A stretch of DNA of 63,997 bases, filler included, from Reticulomyxa filosa (GCA_000512085.1; 19 parts of 19 records of this genome joined end to end with filler, not necessarily neighbours in it), one strand, 5' to 3'. Numbered from the whole stretch's first letter, positions 1 to 13,712 are shown. Notes: generated from the letters alone by a model not told the origin. Numbers and translations are program-made.

Positions 1-832
1 CTATTATTTCATTTATGATTCTACATTTGATTCTAAAAACAAATAATTGAACATTAAAAATTTTTTTTTGGAATAGATCATTACTTTTTTTTGAGTAACG
101 ACTTTTCTCTTTCAGAGAAAAAGTTTTCCCTTTTTAGAAAAAGTTCTCTTGAATATTACAAATGTGGTTTGGCTCTTCTCTCTTCAAACAGCCCAACAAG
201 CCAAAAATATACAACATGAAGCTCGCTTTCAAGGATTCCTTCTCCAATGCACTCCTCTGCAAAACTGCAACAGTTGCCGAAAAAGAAAGAAGTTCCTCTT
301 TTTCAGAATTATCATCAATGATAGAAATACTTGATATCAAACACAAGAAAATAGATGAAAAACCACAGGTAGGTGTACAACACGATCAATCCGATGATTC
401 ATTATCAAAACATGTAAATCTTCAACTTACTACTATTGGAACAAACATCATAATTTCTGAACATTGCATGAGTGGGGGGAATCGGATTAGCAAATATAAT
501 TTATTTATTTATTAAAAACTCTGATCTCTTATTAAAAAATAAAAATAAAAAAGGATTTTCTCATAGAATCCCTAATAGTGAAGAGAGGTCAACTTAATGA
601 ACTCCGATAAAATTTGCAGTTGTTTTTTAAATCACTTTGAGCTCAGTCATCCACATCGTCGAAAATGGACGATGTGTCCAGACGCGCGGTCGGTTTGCAT
701 TTTTAAATTGTATTGTGCAAAACTTTTAGTTTAAAAAAAATGCATCGATGAGTACTTTCGATAACGTCACGACGTGTTTGTTGACAGTGGAAAACCTCAA
801 AGGGCACTTGTCCTTTTTTTTTTTGTGATCAT

Positions 833-2300
833 ATGGCATTTGAAATCCGAGTCGCCCACGGACAATATATATATTGGGTGGGAAAGTGGAAGTTTTGGAG
901 TGATTCATGAAGTCAAGCTGTCTTGGCAAGGACTTAAAGTGTGTTTATTGTACCATTTATATTTTGTTTGTTTGTTTGAGTAAATAAGCTGATCAATCTT
1001 TTTTTTTTTTAATAACAATTTTTTAAAAAATGTATTGTACTTAGGCGAAAAACAAACAAGAAAAATATTCTCAAATTGCGACGATGAAACAAAAAACATC
1101 GGTTCAAGAGTTGTGTGAGGACTTGCCACAAGAATGATCTCAGTACCTAAAGTACTGTCGGGAGTTGGGATTTGAACATAGACCAGATTATCAATACTTA
1201 CGCGGTCTGTTCCGAGGGCTGTTTCAAAAAAACCAATATATTCATAACGGACAATATGATTGGACCTTGAAAACTTTGAAAGCGGTTAGTTAATTGTTTA
1301 CGTTTATGTACACATATACATATATGTACATATATGTGTATACGTATTTATTTATATCGGTTTATATTTATATTTATTTGTTTATGATGAAGCAAAAAAT
1401 AAAAACATTTAAAATAAAATTAAAACACTTTATCATTTTTTTTTTTTTTTTTTTTAAAAAAAGGATCAAGTTTGGTGTTTCGGCGGACAATGTGTCGTTG
1501 CCAATCCATTGGGAGCAACATACAGAGAATGAGCAAACTCCAACACAAGCACAAGTGAAGAAATCCCACGATCCATTTGAATGAGCAGGATCACAATGGC
1601 AGCAATGGTAATGCGATTTACTCGACAGTAATTCAGCCAGTGCATCATCCACAGTACTATCCGCAAACAATAAACGGAATCGGGTCCACATACCGCAAAC
1701 CTATACCACGGGCATGGCGGGGGAATGAATGTGAACATGGGAATGGATATACGTGGATATATCCTGGTAACAGTGGTAGTTACTCAAGTGACATCCCCCC
1801 CCCAAAGACGTGGGTCGGTCGGAGTGATCGGCAAATGCCATCCAAGACGTCCAACCGCGAGCAATGCAGATACCGAGTGCGACAACCCTGGGCCAAAATC
1901 GGCGCGGGGAAACCAAATGAGGATTGAACGCAGGAATTATAATTGGCATGCAAGGAATGACCATTTCCAAGAAAGACAGCAACTCGATGTGGCTGACAAT
2001 AATAAGTACAATCACTAACAACACAAATGCAAATATTAATGTTAGTAATATTAAATACGAATACCAATAATAGCAATAGCCCTGCAAATGATGACAATAA
2101 AGACTACATGAACAATAACAACAACCACAGCCACACAATCATAGTAATAACAACAATGACAATGACGAAAATCACGACAAACGGCTAAAAAAAACTCACC
2201 GCAAAAAAAATCATCGGGTTCAAAAAAACTGATTTCAATGACAAAAAGAATCCCAACAAACATTTTGCAGAAAGAAAGTACACTCCGATTCTGAAGATAA
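833..2300 (+). pseudogene. Casein kinase I pseudogene with the catalytic core deleted
   Basis: MAFEIRV, a frameshift, then ESGSFGVIHE joined directly to LSWQGLK. Intron 939-1044, then exon AKNKQEKYSQIATMKQKTSVQELCEDLPQE*SQYLKYCRELGFEHRPDYQYLRGLF..YDW, matching CK1 subdomains X-XI. TGA at 1135. Frameshifted low-complexity tail follows; 3' end approximate. Confidence 0.85.
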
Positions 2301-2859
2301 ACAACATGAACATGGGTTTTTGGCTTAAAACAAGCAAACAAACCAACAAATAAATAAGTGAGATTTCGTTGAATTTGGTCTACCGTTTTTGCTATTACTT
2401 TGTTTTGTGTTTGTGTCATTTGAAACAGAATGGAGCTGGTTTAATTTGTGGAAACTTAAAAAAAAAAATTTGTCGTGATGCTTTCTGCATGTGAGTAACA
2501 CCGACATCCAAGCATCTTAAGTTTTTAGTTTACCAAAGGATTAACAGAATGATTTTATCAAACATTACTGTAAATCCCTCAAACGTTTCCTGGATTTGTC
2601 CGTTTTTGTTCTTTACGAAAAGCTTGGCCAGGTTTGCCCTTGGGCTGTAGTAACACGTTTTTCAATTCACCTAAAATTCCAAAAATGTAGCAAAACGAAT
2701 GATCTCTTCCTTATGTCGTATCTTCTATTCTCTAAACAAGAACTTGATTTGTGATCACACAAGTACTTCTTAAGAAACCCTTTTTCAATAAAAAACTACA
2801 ATTCTATATCAACAAACATGATACACTTGTTCGCTCGCCGAGTGATTTTTCTTCCATAA

Positions 2860-3383
2860 ATAAAATATCTTCAGCCTATGTGGTAGGCAACTTCGTTAGA
2901 TCGACTATTATCACTGGAGTAGAGCCACACATGACTTACTACAAAGTTACACTATCTAACAAGCAATGCAAATCGCTATTTATTGATTATGCTTGGGAAG
3001 AAGAGAGTTGAACAAAATTGTTGTTTGGTTTCATATGAAGAAATATTTAGTCCTGTGTTGCTAGTCAAAAGTATGTCAACTTTGGATGGGCTTACTGATG
3101 TTGATGCCTATGATAATGACACTACCATTTTCACTATCAGTTGAGTTGTCGTAAGATTGTACAAACGTAAAATTGAAGCGGATAAGTCGAAATTAATCTT
3201 CCTATTCCTGCTCCATTGCCGTTCTTTTCTTCACCGCCACAAAAACACCTTACGTGGCGCTATGAACTTTTAGGAAAAAATGGAGTATGCTTCCACATCA
3301 AAATCAAAACAGTTAGTGCAAACTGGAAATTTGATTTAAAATCCAACTGGAGCTCATTGTCTCCAAAAGATGGTTCTAAGTAA
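2860..3383 (+). pseudogene. Methylmalonate-semialdehyde dehydrogenase (ALDH6-like) pseudogene, C-terminal part
   Basis: GNFVRSTIITGVEPHMTYYK / EEIFSPVL / TTIFT / INLPIPAPLPFFS / GKNGVCFHIKIKTVSANWK parallel MMSDH GNFVGPTII..CYKEEIFGPVL..GTAIFT..VNVPIPVPLPMFS..GKQGIQFYTQLKT; stops and frameshifts present. Confidence 0.8.
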
Positions 3384-3819
3384 GCCGTCTTTTGTAGGCG
3401 AACCTTTTTTTAATATAAGGCTCCAAAAAAAAACACTTCGACAAAATAGCCTTTTAAAACAAAAAAGTACTTTCTTCATAATTGCATCAAACTTAAAAAA
3501 AAGCTAATGATGTTAGTTCGAACTTTCAAACTTGCTTAAAAATTATACATTTGTTTTGAAAAAAATGCAAAATTTATTTTATTCATCTGATCCTCTTAAC
3601 TGTTTGTACGACTTATCATTAAACATGATAACGCAAATTGTCACTAACTTTACACAATAGAAGATAGCAATTAATTCCAGTTATATTAAAGTTCATAAAT
3701 TTTTTACGATGAGTATAATTGATAAAAAATGTCAAGTGAGCTGGAAGATTGAAATTATTATTAAAAAAAAATCAAAAGAAATACAATTCACAACAAAAAA
3801 TTTTTCAATCAAAATTTGA

Positions 3820-6800
3820 GTCAAGTATCAAATACTTGCAATCGAATACGCCACCAATTTAGCATTGTTTCAATCACTTTACCCTTTCTTGCTGGCAACG
3901 CAACCCCCTTTCCAATTGCTCAATAGACATTTATTGTACTCTTTGAATATCTATATTATATACGTATGTATTGATTATACATGTTTCAATCACACTATAA
4001 GAAAATATTATAACTTGGAATATAGATTGCATATATGACATGATAATAAATCAGCTAATCACTTTCAAATTGTTCAATTTCCTTTCAATATATATCATGC
4101 ACCACATTTCATAATATGGACCTTCAATTTTTTTTTTTTTTCAAATTATACGCCATTCAAAGCGCAATACAATGATCCATATCCAATTCATGACGTCACT
4201 GAAATCAATATTTGTTCAACGACAGACACATGTGTTGTAGTATGGCTCCATGATTCATTATATTGAATTTCCATCTGCAACAATTTGACAATGAGTTGCC
4301 ACTTTGTATACTTTCATGTCTACAACAATCGATATTTGCTACAATTGTTGCTGTTGCCATTATTGCTGGTAACTCACTACAGCATCAATGGCAATATAAA
4401 CAGCGACAATTGTTCATTTTCATTTGTACACTTTTAAATATCTATTCAAAATTTCAAACAACACATACAAAAACATACCAATATACGTATAAAGATGTTA
4501 TGTAGAATAGGTATATAAAAAAAAAAATACTTTTTCGATTTCAACGACAATACCACTATCAAGCATTCAGTTATTTGAAATCATTGAAAGGATCGTCCCT
4601 TAGAACTACCATTTTTTGATTGGCAGTCTTGTCAACAGAAGATCATTCCACTTCTTGCATCCGAGCGATTCGGTTTTTTTGTTAACCGAACAATTCGTTT
4701 ATATCCACAGTGACAAGGTCTTTGAGAGGAACACTGACAATACATTGAAGTAATTCATTGCTTTGTTTTGTCAAATGGTGGAGCGAGTTTTGAATTGTCG
4801 ATCCAATTATCGACTGACACGACGTTGTTGCTTTTCCTTACAAATGATATTATCACACTCGTTCAACAGCTTCCATTGAATTCAATCATATCTTTGTAAT
4901 ATCGGATGAATGGTGACTGGAGGAATTAGCAGTTTTCTGTTGAATTGGTGCTTTGAACATTTCTTGGCATGTTTTAATATTCCATCATCGTCTTGATCCA
5001 AAGAAATGAAACACACGTTCTTGAGCTGTAAATCAAAGTTGGAGTTTGTCTTTTCATTGGCATTTGTCTTTGCATTTTGATCTTTTTGAGACAGTTTGAA
5101 TATTGCATTGTCAATATCGATTTCCTCAAAGATTCATTATCCGTTCACCTAACGATACCGAGCTCGAAGATTGTGGATATCCTTTTCGCGGTTAGAATCG
5201 ACAAAATGTAATTGCAGCAATACAATCCAAACACAAATTGACTTGATCACATTTTGAGCATTGGGAAAACCATTCTCCTTTGGTGGATTTGCTCCCATGA
5301 CGATAGCAGTGTCAATCACCATGCCGACGCTTTTGTAAGCTTCAGTAGGATTTTATAACTTCACATTATGGACATCGTCCTTTCAAATATTGGAGACTTT
5401 GATCATCGTTACAGCAACATTTTTGTTCCTTTCACAAATAATACTCGCTTTGGTAGACATGTAAAGTAATGTATTCCTTTGTACATGCCATCCTTCACAC
5501 TTATCTTCTTCTTCTTCTTCTTCTGTTGCGAAGTGCATGGTGTCACATGCCATTAGTAAATTCCAGTCTCACCCCAATCAAGAGACTTATCGTCGCTTTT
5601 TTCGACTATGTCCACTCGTTCGAGTTGCAGTTGTTGTCTTGGTCGAACTTGTTCAATGCTGAAGGGTGAGCGAGTTATATTATGTCAATGATTCACACTG
5701 AAGTGCCTTGTTCGTTCGACCTCGGAGTTTATTGGTTCTCCGATCCACACGTCGATCTCGATCACATAAATTTCTCATTCGTCCGTGTTTTCAGCATTTT
5801 TTTTAATGTATCCATGACGTCCACTGTTCAATTTCAATGCTGTATTTTGGAATGTCGTTTTCGTCGATTACCGTTTTTAATTGCATTTTTTCGCACAAAT
5901 ATACAGCTCAATGCCGTATACGTCCTCTACATTCGTATCTTTTCCAATTTATTGTATTTTCTATTTTTTCAAATTTCAAAATCCAGCATTGCATATCGTT
6001 TAAAAAAAAAACAAAAAAAAAATCAGATTAACTACTTTTTTTTCTCGTGTCAATCTGCACTGTATTTGCTTTCTTCCTTTTCGTCGTCGCTGTGGGCTAT
6101 CGCTCTGGTTTCATTTCCGGAATCAATTGAATGGTATCAATTGAGAGTAATTTGATTTGAGTGTAAAGTGTAGTGTCCCAAAGGAAGAGATATTTTCGTC
6201 AAACAAAGTTCAATTGCCACATGTCCTTTAACTTCAAACAAATATTGCACAACAAAAACAAGACTAAAAAAAACACCTGAAAGCATCAGCATTGGTTGTA
6301 CGTGCAATCATGAGCACCAGGAACCAATAGATCTATAAAGAAAAGACAAAATATTATTACATATAAAAAAAATTGTTTCTAAAAAAGACAAATCTAGTTT
6401 AATGCCCATAACTTTGCCCTTGAAAAAATGGAGGACAACCAATGTGTTTGATCAACAACTATTATCTCCATTGATGAAGATTATGCGATCGTTGGGCTTG
6501 AATGATTTCAATTGGAGGGTCGTATGTGATGTTTTCTGACTACAATATGGCAATTGCAGAGATCGTCATCGTTGTTGTCATCAGTTTGCTTTCCTACATC
6601 AAAATAAAATCCAACAATAATCAAGTACTTATTATTTTTTTTAAAACAAATAAATAAATCATACAACTGTTCCTAGATTCTCCACAATAAAGTTCTATCA
6701 GGAGCGCACTAGAATACAATAAGATGAAATTAAAATAAAACAAGAATAAACACACAAATACATTGAAACTAACTTTGAAATAAGTCTTTTCTTCGTCATT

Positions 6801-9150
6801 CACTTCTGCTTTCTCGTTCTTTATCTTCAATTGCTTTTTTGATGTCGTCCAAAAATATTTTGTCATTGCTTCCGTTTACTGGCCGAATGTCTTGCAAAGT
6901 TGGAGGATGGGATGTTTCCAAATGGTGCAACTCTTATTTGAATCGGTCTCGATCTGATCTTTATGCGATGATTGTTTGTTGCCAAGCTTTTTTCATATTT
7001 TCCTATCACTCTTCGATTGTTCCAATGCAGTCATACACAATGAATACTTTCTAAATATCAAATTCATTCACTATCGTCACACTTGTAATGAGATATACAA
7101 TTTGACCTTGGATAATTATCATTGTTGGAAATTCTTGCATCAATCACCAATGTCTTCATTCAACAATTTTTGGATTAACAATCCAATGATTGAATGTATC
7201 ATTTGTATTTCCTGCTTGCTTTCTTGATTGTCGTTCAACACGTTGCCCGTAGTCAATAGTCGATCTCAGATACAGTTCACCAAAGATTACATGCGCTCTT
7301 TTGACAAACGCAAGGCACACAGCTCTTGCAGTAATGGAGCCAGACAATTCAATAATCTATTTCTATTCACAAATTATCAATGCTCAATGTTGTCTGCTAT
7401 CTTACAATTCCTCCCACCAGCACGAGCATGATCCAAGATTCAAGTTTGCACATATGCGCACGCACACAACCAGTTTCCATACAATTGCCCAATGCCTGTG
7501 TTTCAATTATGGTGATCCGTTTATAAAATTAGTACTATTTACATACCAATTGAATCTACCTTGCTCATTGGAGTCTGCAGATTGTGGTTTGACACAATCT
7601 TTGCGGATAATTTTGGCATGGCAAAGCATCAGAAACTTGTGTCCACCTACGTTGCTAACAAATAAGTTCTTTGCAATACTTCGGGTACTGCTGCTAGACA
7701 TTAACATTTTCCATTGGGACACACGATATGAGGTTAGTATACGTCCGCGAGTGGCGACTTTGCGTGTTTCCAAACGCAAAAAAAGCGATTACATAACCAA
7801 AGTCAATAAAACCGGCCGACTAGTTGTTATTTTTTTTCCTTTTAAACAAATAATCGTCACCATCCTCCTCCTCTTTCTCTTTCTTGCTTGCCAGTGTCCT
7901 GTGAGTTTTGAACTATATTGAACCACTACTGAACCATAATGTCCACATCTTTTTTTACTTTGCACGATATACGGTTTTCTTTTTTTCTTCTTGACGAACT
8001 TGATTTCATATTTGGCGGCACCAATGTCTAGGTATTGTCTGCAATTGATCGGAGAGAATTTTGCCAACTGTTCCAACTACAAATTTATCTTCTCTTGTCG
8101 CCGTTTTGATGAAAAACATACTTTGGCCTAATCGAATGAACGTGAGTATTTGCAATCATATTCCTTTTTCTATTAGATGTATTCGTTTTATCTTTTTTCT
8201 TGCTTTTGATTGCCGCCCAACGCGTCATCTGTAGTTTCCGGATGCAGTTCGGCAAAGATAATATGCTCTTGCTCGACAAATGCAAGGCACACAACTCTTG
8301 CAACGACTGACTAGGAAAATGCAACAAGCTATATTTATCTTTTTTCACCGATAAACGTGCTAAATATTCACGAGTTTAAAATTTCCTCCCATCAATATAT
8401 GCACGATTTAAAATTCAAAGTTGTGAATGCATGAACATATACGACCAATTTCGACACTGGTGCCCAATCTTTGCATTCCGATTATCGTCTTGAGTTTATA
8501 AAATTGCCATTTCCATAACGACCGGTCTTCTCTTACTCGTTGCGTCGGTATATCACAGTTGAGGATAATTCTTGGAATGGCATAGCACACTAGACTTGTG
8601 TCTGCACATGTTGACGGTAAACAAGTTTTTTCAAATACTTTGGGCAGCACTCGCCATATTCGTTCAACACTTTCGCGAGTGGTGGTTTTGCGTGTTTCCA
8701 GGCCTGCTGGTTTTATTTTATTTTTTCAACAAATTTAACGCAATATAATTCGAAACGCTCTTTCTTTTCGTCTTCCTCCTCTGCCTCTTTTTGCTTGATG
8801 GTGTCTTATGAGTGTCGCAGGCTAAATTGAGCCACTCTTACGTGTGATGATTCTCCCGATGCAATGGTTTGCTTGATGTCCATGTATGTTTTTTTTTGAT
8901 GATATCCTTGCTTTTTTCTTACTCGTCTTCCACTTCTTCGGCGCGTCGTCGCTACACCGTAGTATCCATATCATTTTCACTTTGAGTGCCATCACCATTC
9001 TTTTTTTTCTTTCTAGCGAGCTTGCTTTGCCAAGCCAATAGTTATCCGCTACTTTTTTTCACCTGAGTCGCAGTTGCCAGCCATTCTAAGTTTCCATTGT
9101 GGCGCGATTTGTAAATTTTATCCACGCCTGCAAGTGACGAATTTGCGTGT
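3820..9150 (-). mobile_element. Heavily decayed, probably non-LTR (LINE-like) retrotransposon mosaic with an internal ~960-bp duplication
   Basis: No long ORF. Weak remnants: endonuclease-start-like IANTHVHSIRPK (~8130-8160), post-RT QNTALKL (~5830-5855), RNase H-like FLWIK (~5000). 7210-8180 is repeated at 8190-9030, and homologous sequence lies at 11871-13039. Confidence 0.5.
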
Positions 9151-10017
9151 TTCCGATATGACGATGATATCAACAAATTCAACCAAGACAGCATACTTTT
9201 TTTTATCTTTCAAACAAACTCAATACAATAATTACTTGTTTTTTTTCTTTTCTCTTTCTTTTTTTTCTTTTTTTTTCTCTTTTTTTCGCTTTTTGCATTT
9301 TTTTTTAATATCTTTTTTTAAAATTTTTCTAATTGTCTTTTTTTTTTATTTTATTTTTCTTTAAATTTTTCGACACATTTTTTTTTTTATTTTCAACATT
9401 TTTTGCACTCATTTTTTTATTTTCTTCAATTTTCTTAAAAAAAATTTTTCAAAACTAATTTTCCCGTACATTTTTTCCCAATTTGTTCCCCCATTTATAT
9501 CCCCCTTTTTCTATTTATTTTCTTGCCCCCCCCCCCCCCAAATACTCACTACAATCAAACAGAACTAAAAAATATAAAAAATAAAACTAAAAACTTTCAA
9601 ATACTTTTTGCTGCTCCTTGAACAATGTAAACAAATTACCAACTTGAAATATTTTTCATTTTAAAAAAAAACGAACAAAAACATACGTTGGCGATCTATA
9701 TTTTTTTTCGTTTGTACGGTGATGGGGAAAAAAATTTTTTTGCTGATGGGGGCATGCCTATTGACAACACACAAACATTTGATAAAAAAATAAAAATAAA
9801 AAATAAAAGATACAAACTCTTTCGGTTTTTTTTCAACGCGAGGTGGCTTCAACCCCGAAATTTTTGTTGGAAGTTTGGAGCGTGACTTATATAATTTTTT
9901 TTGAACAGACGGGTTTCNNNNNNNNNNNNNNNNNNNNNNNNNNNNNNNNNNNNNNNNNNNNTTAATTAATTAANNNNNNNNNNNNNNNNNNNNNNNNNNN
10001 NNNNNNNNNNNNNNNNN

Positions 10018-10315
10018 TCTAAAATTACGGCTCTACTAATTTGCTTGTCAAAGGCTCGCAATAATTTGATCAAAAGTTTTTGGTGTTGAGAAGGTGTGCT
10101 ATGATTGATGGTTATTATGAGTACCATTAGACAAAGATAAGTAATATTATACCTATGTTCAGTGCTTATGAAGCTACTTAACTTGTTCTCTTTGACGAAA
10201 CACAGGACTGTAGTTGCTTCGTCGAAATTTCCATCACAGCATTTCCATATTTGAGAAACAATCTTTTTTTTAATAGTAATGAAATTTTCTTGGAGTTGTT
10301 GCAGTTGATTAGCCA
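10018..10315 (-). CDS. 5' exons of an uncharacterised lineage-specific protein, truncated by the contig end
   Basis: ORF MANQLQQLQENFITIKKKIVSQIWKCCDGNFDEA..; no recognised domain. Confidence 0.4.
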
Positions 10316-11083
10316 TTGGCTGAGACTTGTTGAACAAAAAAACTCTTAACTTTCAGAGTTCAGTTTATTTGTCTGTTTTCCCAAAAAATCAGTTTTATGT
10401 TATTCACGAATGTAGGGCAAAAAAGTTTATTTTTGTAAAATATAGCAGCTTTTACTCTTCAAAGAAACTTAAAAATGGGATTTTTTTATGACATATTTTC
10501 ACAAGTACTACATTTCCATTACCTTTAACGAAATTTTACCAAAATATCATTGAATGACAGTAGTCGTTTCATTTTTGATAGTTTTCATGATATCGATTGC
10601 ATAAACATTTCCAAAGTACGAGTGAAATAACCGCGTATCCGTCAATTTCAATAATTAGTTATTGTTTCATTTTCAGTTTTCTTTTTTTTAAAATAGTTTT
10701 CAAATGAAGAATGATGCTCTTTTACTTATTTAAAATCACAAAACAGAAAAAGCTTTGATTTTGTTCATTCAAATCTAACAAAACCTTTAGGGATTGGTTT
10801 TTTGTTTTTAGAGAAGTAATGTCTACTAAATCCTTGAAAGGATCCTTCAAAAGTCTAAAAATACTTCATTTTAACTCTAATCAAGTTGGTTATTTCAGTT
10901 CTAGCTCAAGCGAATCGTTCTTGCTTAAAAATAGCATCTAAGCGTCTCCAAATTACACACGTTGAAATCTTGTTGGATGCACTGTCTCAGATCCCTTTTT
11001 GCTTTGAGAAATGAAAATAAAATGAATAATGAAAAACGTTCACCTTTTTCTTTTGCAAATTTTGTTTTTAATCAAATTATCTT

Positions 11084-11770
11084 TCAGTAAATGGCAAACC
11101 ATTGTTTACTATTTAGTGCTGTATGTTCAAAAGCCGTTCGATTTTTGTATTTTTCAGAAAGAAATATACAGAATAAGTTGACATTGTGATTATAGCAGCG
11201 TTTTTCCAAAAACTCATTCATTCTTTTTTTGTAATTTTGTTCATTGTTATCTCGAAATTTCCACTTTTCAAATTTAAACAATAATTCAATTGCTTTATTG
11301 ACATCTCCACAATTATAATCAAGTGCAAATTTGACAAAATTAACGAATTTTTACAAGAGCAAGATTTGTATAATTTGTATATACAAATGGCAACGAGTTA
11401 ATAAAAGAACAGCCAGCGTAAAGCCAAATTTTAAGTTACAAGCTTTAAGCTTTATTTTTTTAGGCAAATTGAATTTTTTAATTTTGTTTTTTGTTGTTTG
11501 GCCAAATTGATTGATAATTACTTAGTTTTGTAAGAGTAATCAGGTAACAACTTGTTTATAAAATTTTTTTTTTTCAATAAAAGCACGTTTAAGAAAGTAA
11601 TTTACAAATTTTATTTATTGTTATCTATTTATCTTTTATCTTTTCCAACGAAAGGTAAACCATCATTAACGGTTTCTGATGTTGCAATTTCAATAACTGT
11701 GTTTTTTTCAAATATTTTTGCTTCGCAAATAAATATGCAAAATAAATTAATATTATGATTGCAACAACGT
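11084..11770 (-). pseudogene. Two paralogous C-terminal fragments of a lineage-specific family (RCxNHNxNLFCIF motif)
   Basis: RCYNHNVNLFCIFLSE at ~11155-11200 and RCCNHNINLFCIFICE..DGLPFVGKDKR* at 11628-11770. Confidence 0.5.
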
Positions 11771-11870
11771 NNNNNNNNNNNNNNNNNNNNNNNNNNNNNN
11801 NNNNNNNNNNNNNNTTAATTAATTAANNNNNNNNNNNNNNNNNNNNNNNNNNNNNNNNNNNNNNNNNNNN

Positions 11871-13039
11871 AACACAAATCTTGCAGTGATCTATATATTC
11901 AACAATTATCAATGCTCAATGTCGCATGCAAGCTTACAATTCCTCCAATCAGCACGCACATCATTCAAAATACAAATTTGGGCATGTACGCACACAACCA
12001 GTTTCGATTATTGTCTTGAATTTACAAAATTAGCACTATTTCCATAACGACCGAGTTTCCCTTGCTCATTGGCTCCCGGTATATCGCAGGTGGACACAAT
12101 ATTTGCGGATAATTCTTGGCATGACAAAGCGTCAGAGACTTGTGTCTGCATATGTCAATGGCAAACAAGTTTTTTCCAAATACTTCGGGTTAATACTTTT
12201 AGACATTGCCATATTCGTTCAATACTTTCGCGATTGACGACTTTGCGCGTTTCCAAACGTAAAGAGCCATTTCATAATTAAAGCAAGTAAGCCGGCCGCT
12301 GATTGTCTTTGTTTTTGATTTTTTCCTTTTTAAACAAATTATCCTCTTCATCCTATTTATCTTCTTGCTTGTCAGGTGTCTTGTGCTCGATCGCAATACT
12401 GATTATTTTCTAACAACATTCATGTCATTTTCTTCGCAGTCCAGTCACTGCCTCCGTTGCTACACCATAATGTCCACATTGTTTTCACTTTCTTTTTTTT
12501 TCTTCTTGGTGAGCTTGCTTTAATATTTGGCGGCATCAAGGTCTAGATTGTCTGTGATTGATCTGGAAGAATCTTGCCAATTGTCCCAACTCGATATGGC
12601 GATATTTTCCAACTACGAGTCCATCTGCTCTAGTCGCTGTTGTGATGATGAGCACAATTTGGTCTGATCGAATTGACATGAGCATTTGCAATGATAGAGT
12701 GCACCATTTGTAGACTTATTCGTTGTCTCTCTTTTTTCTTGCTTTCTTGATCGCTACTCAATACGTCGTCCCTCCCCCCCCTCCCCCCCCTTGGAAGCAA
12801 TTAATTTGAGGCAAGTATCAAATACTTGTAATCGAATATGTCACCAATTTGGCATTGTTTCAACCACTTTATCTTTGCTTGCTGACACCACAACCTTCTT
12901 TCCAATTGCTCGATAGACATGGTTGTATTTTTTAAGACTTATACTATATGCGTGTGTTAATCGTACATGTTCCAACTATTTTCCAATGACATTATAAGAA
13001 ACGATAATCAGCTCACCACTTTCAATCCATCAAGAGCCA
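11871..13039 (-). mobile_element. Second copy of the contig-1 retroelement-like repeat
   Basis: 11871-12770 aligns by eye with ~7330-8230, and 12805-13039 aligns with ~3820-4070; the two parts are joined by a C-rich tract at 12770-12790. Confidence 0.75.
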
Positions 13040-13139
13040 NNNNNNNNNNNNNNNNNNNNNNNNNNNNNNNNNNNNNNNNNNNNTTAATTAATTAANNNNN
13101 NNNNNNNNNNNNNNNNNNNNNNNNNNNNNNNNNNNNNNN

Positions 13140-13712
13140 CCTGTTCAAAGAATTTCTGTCCCTTTGACGAGCTCAACGACTCTGTGCTGTAATCGATGGG
13201 TACATAATGGTGACGAAATATCAATGCCTCGTGATACATTTGCAGTATCTCACAATTGTCCCGTTTTTTTTTTTTTTTTTTAAGTGTGCATACATATATT
13301 TATTCTAATATGCTCTTTTTTGTTGTTATTCCTCCCCTTTGGCTCAAAAAAAAAATTTTTTAAATATTTCACAAAACGCTTGTATCAGTCCGATTCCTTT
13401 CAAATGTGAAAATTGTCCGATTACTTTTTTTTTTGAAATCCATAAGTTCACTATCTTGCCCGTTACAAGGGATACTGTATCTTCTGCTACGTTAAACACT
13501 ATCCACTCGCCACCCAGGCGCAACACTGTCAACAAACCCACCAACAGTGCCACAAACGGTACCAAATACACGACGCTCGAGTAAAAGTCGTAAATCGTAT
13601 ACACTATTCCGGGAATAAATATCAGAAACCCGAGATAACTCCAAAAGTCAACATTCCATTCTGTATAGGCCAAAATTTTCTCATCTTCGGCTGCTTTATA
13701 CCCCAACGGCAT
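13140..13712 (-). CDS. Small protein with two transmembrane helices and a beta-rich C-terminal region, 3' partial
   Basis: MPLGYK..FWSYLGFLIFIPGIVYTIY..VVYLVPFVALLVGLLTVL..EWIVFNVAEDTVSLVTGK; probable second exon EILQMYHEALIFRHHYVP at 13140-13250. Confidence 0.65.

Noticed and set aside
9074-9885. Phe/Lys-rich ORFs
   Set aside because: Translations of low-complexity T/A tracts
9918-10017. Recurrent TTAATTAATTAA palindrome between N runs, resembling a repeat or CRISPR-like unit
   Set aside because: Artificial six-frame-stop contig linker; ORFs running into X residues are artefacts
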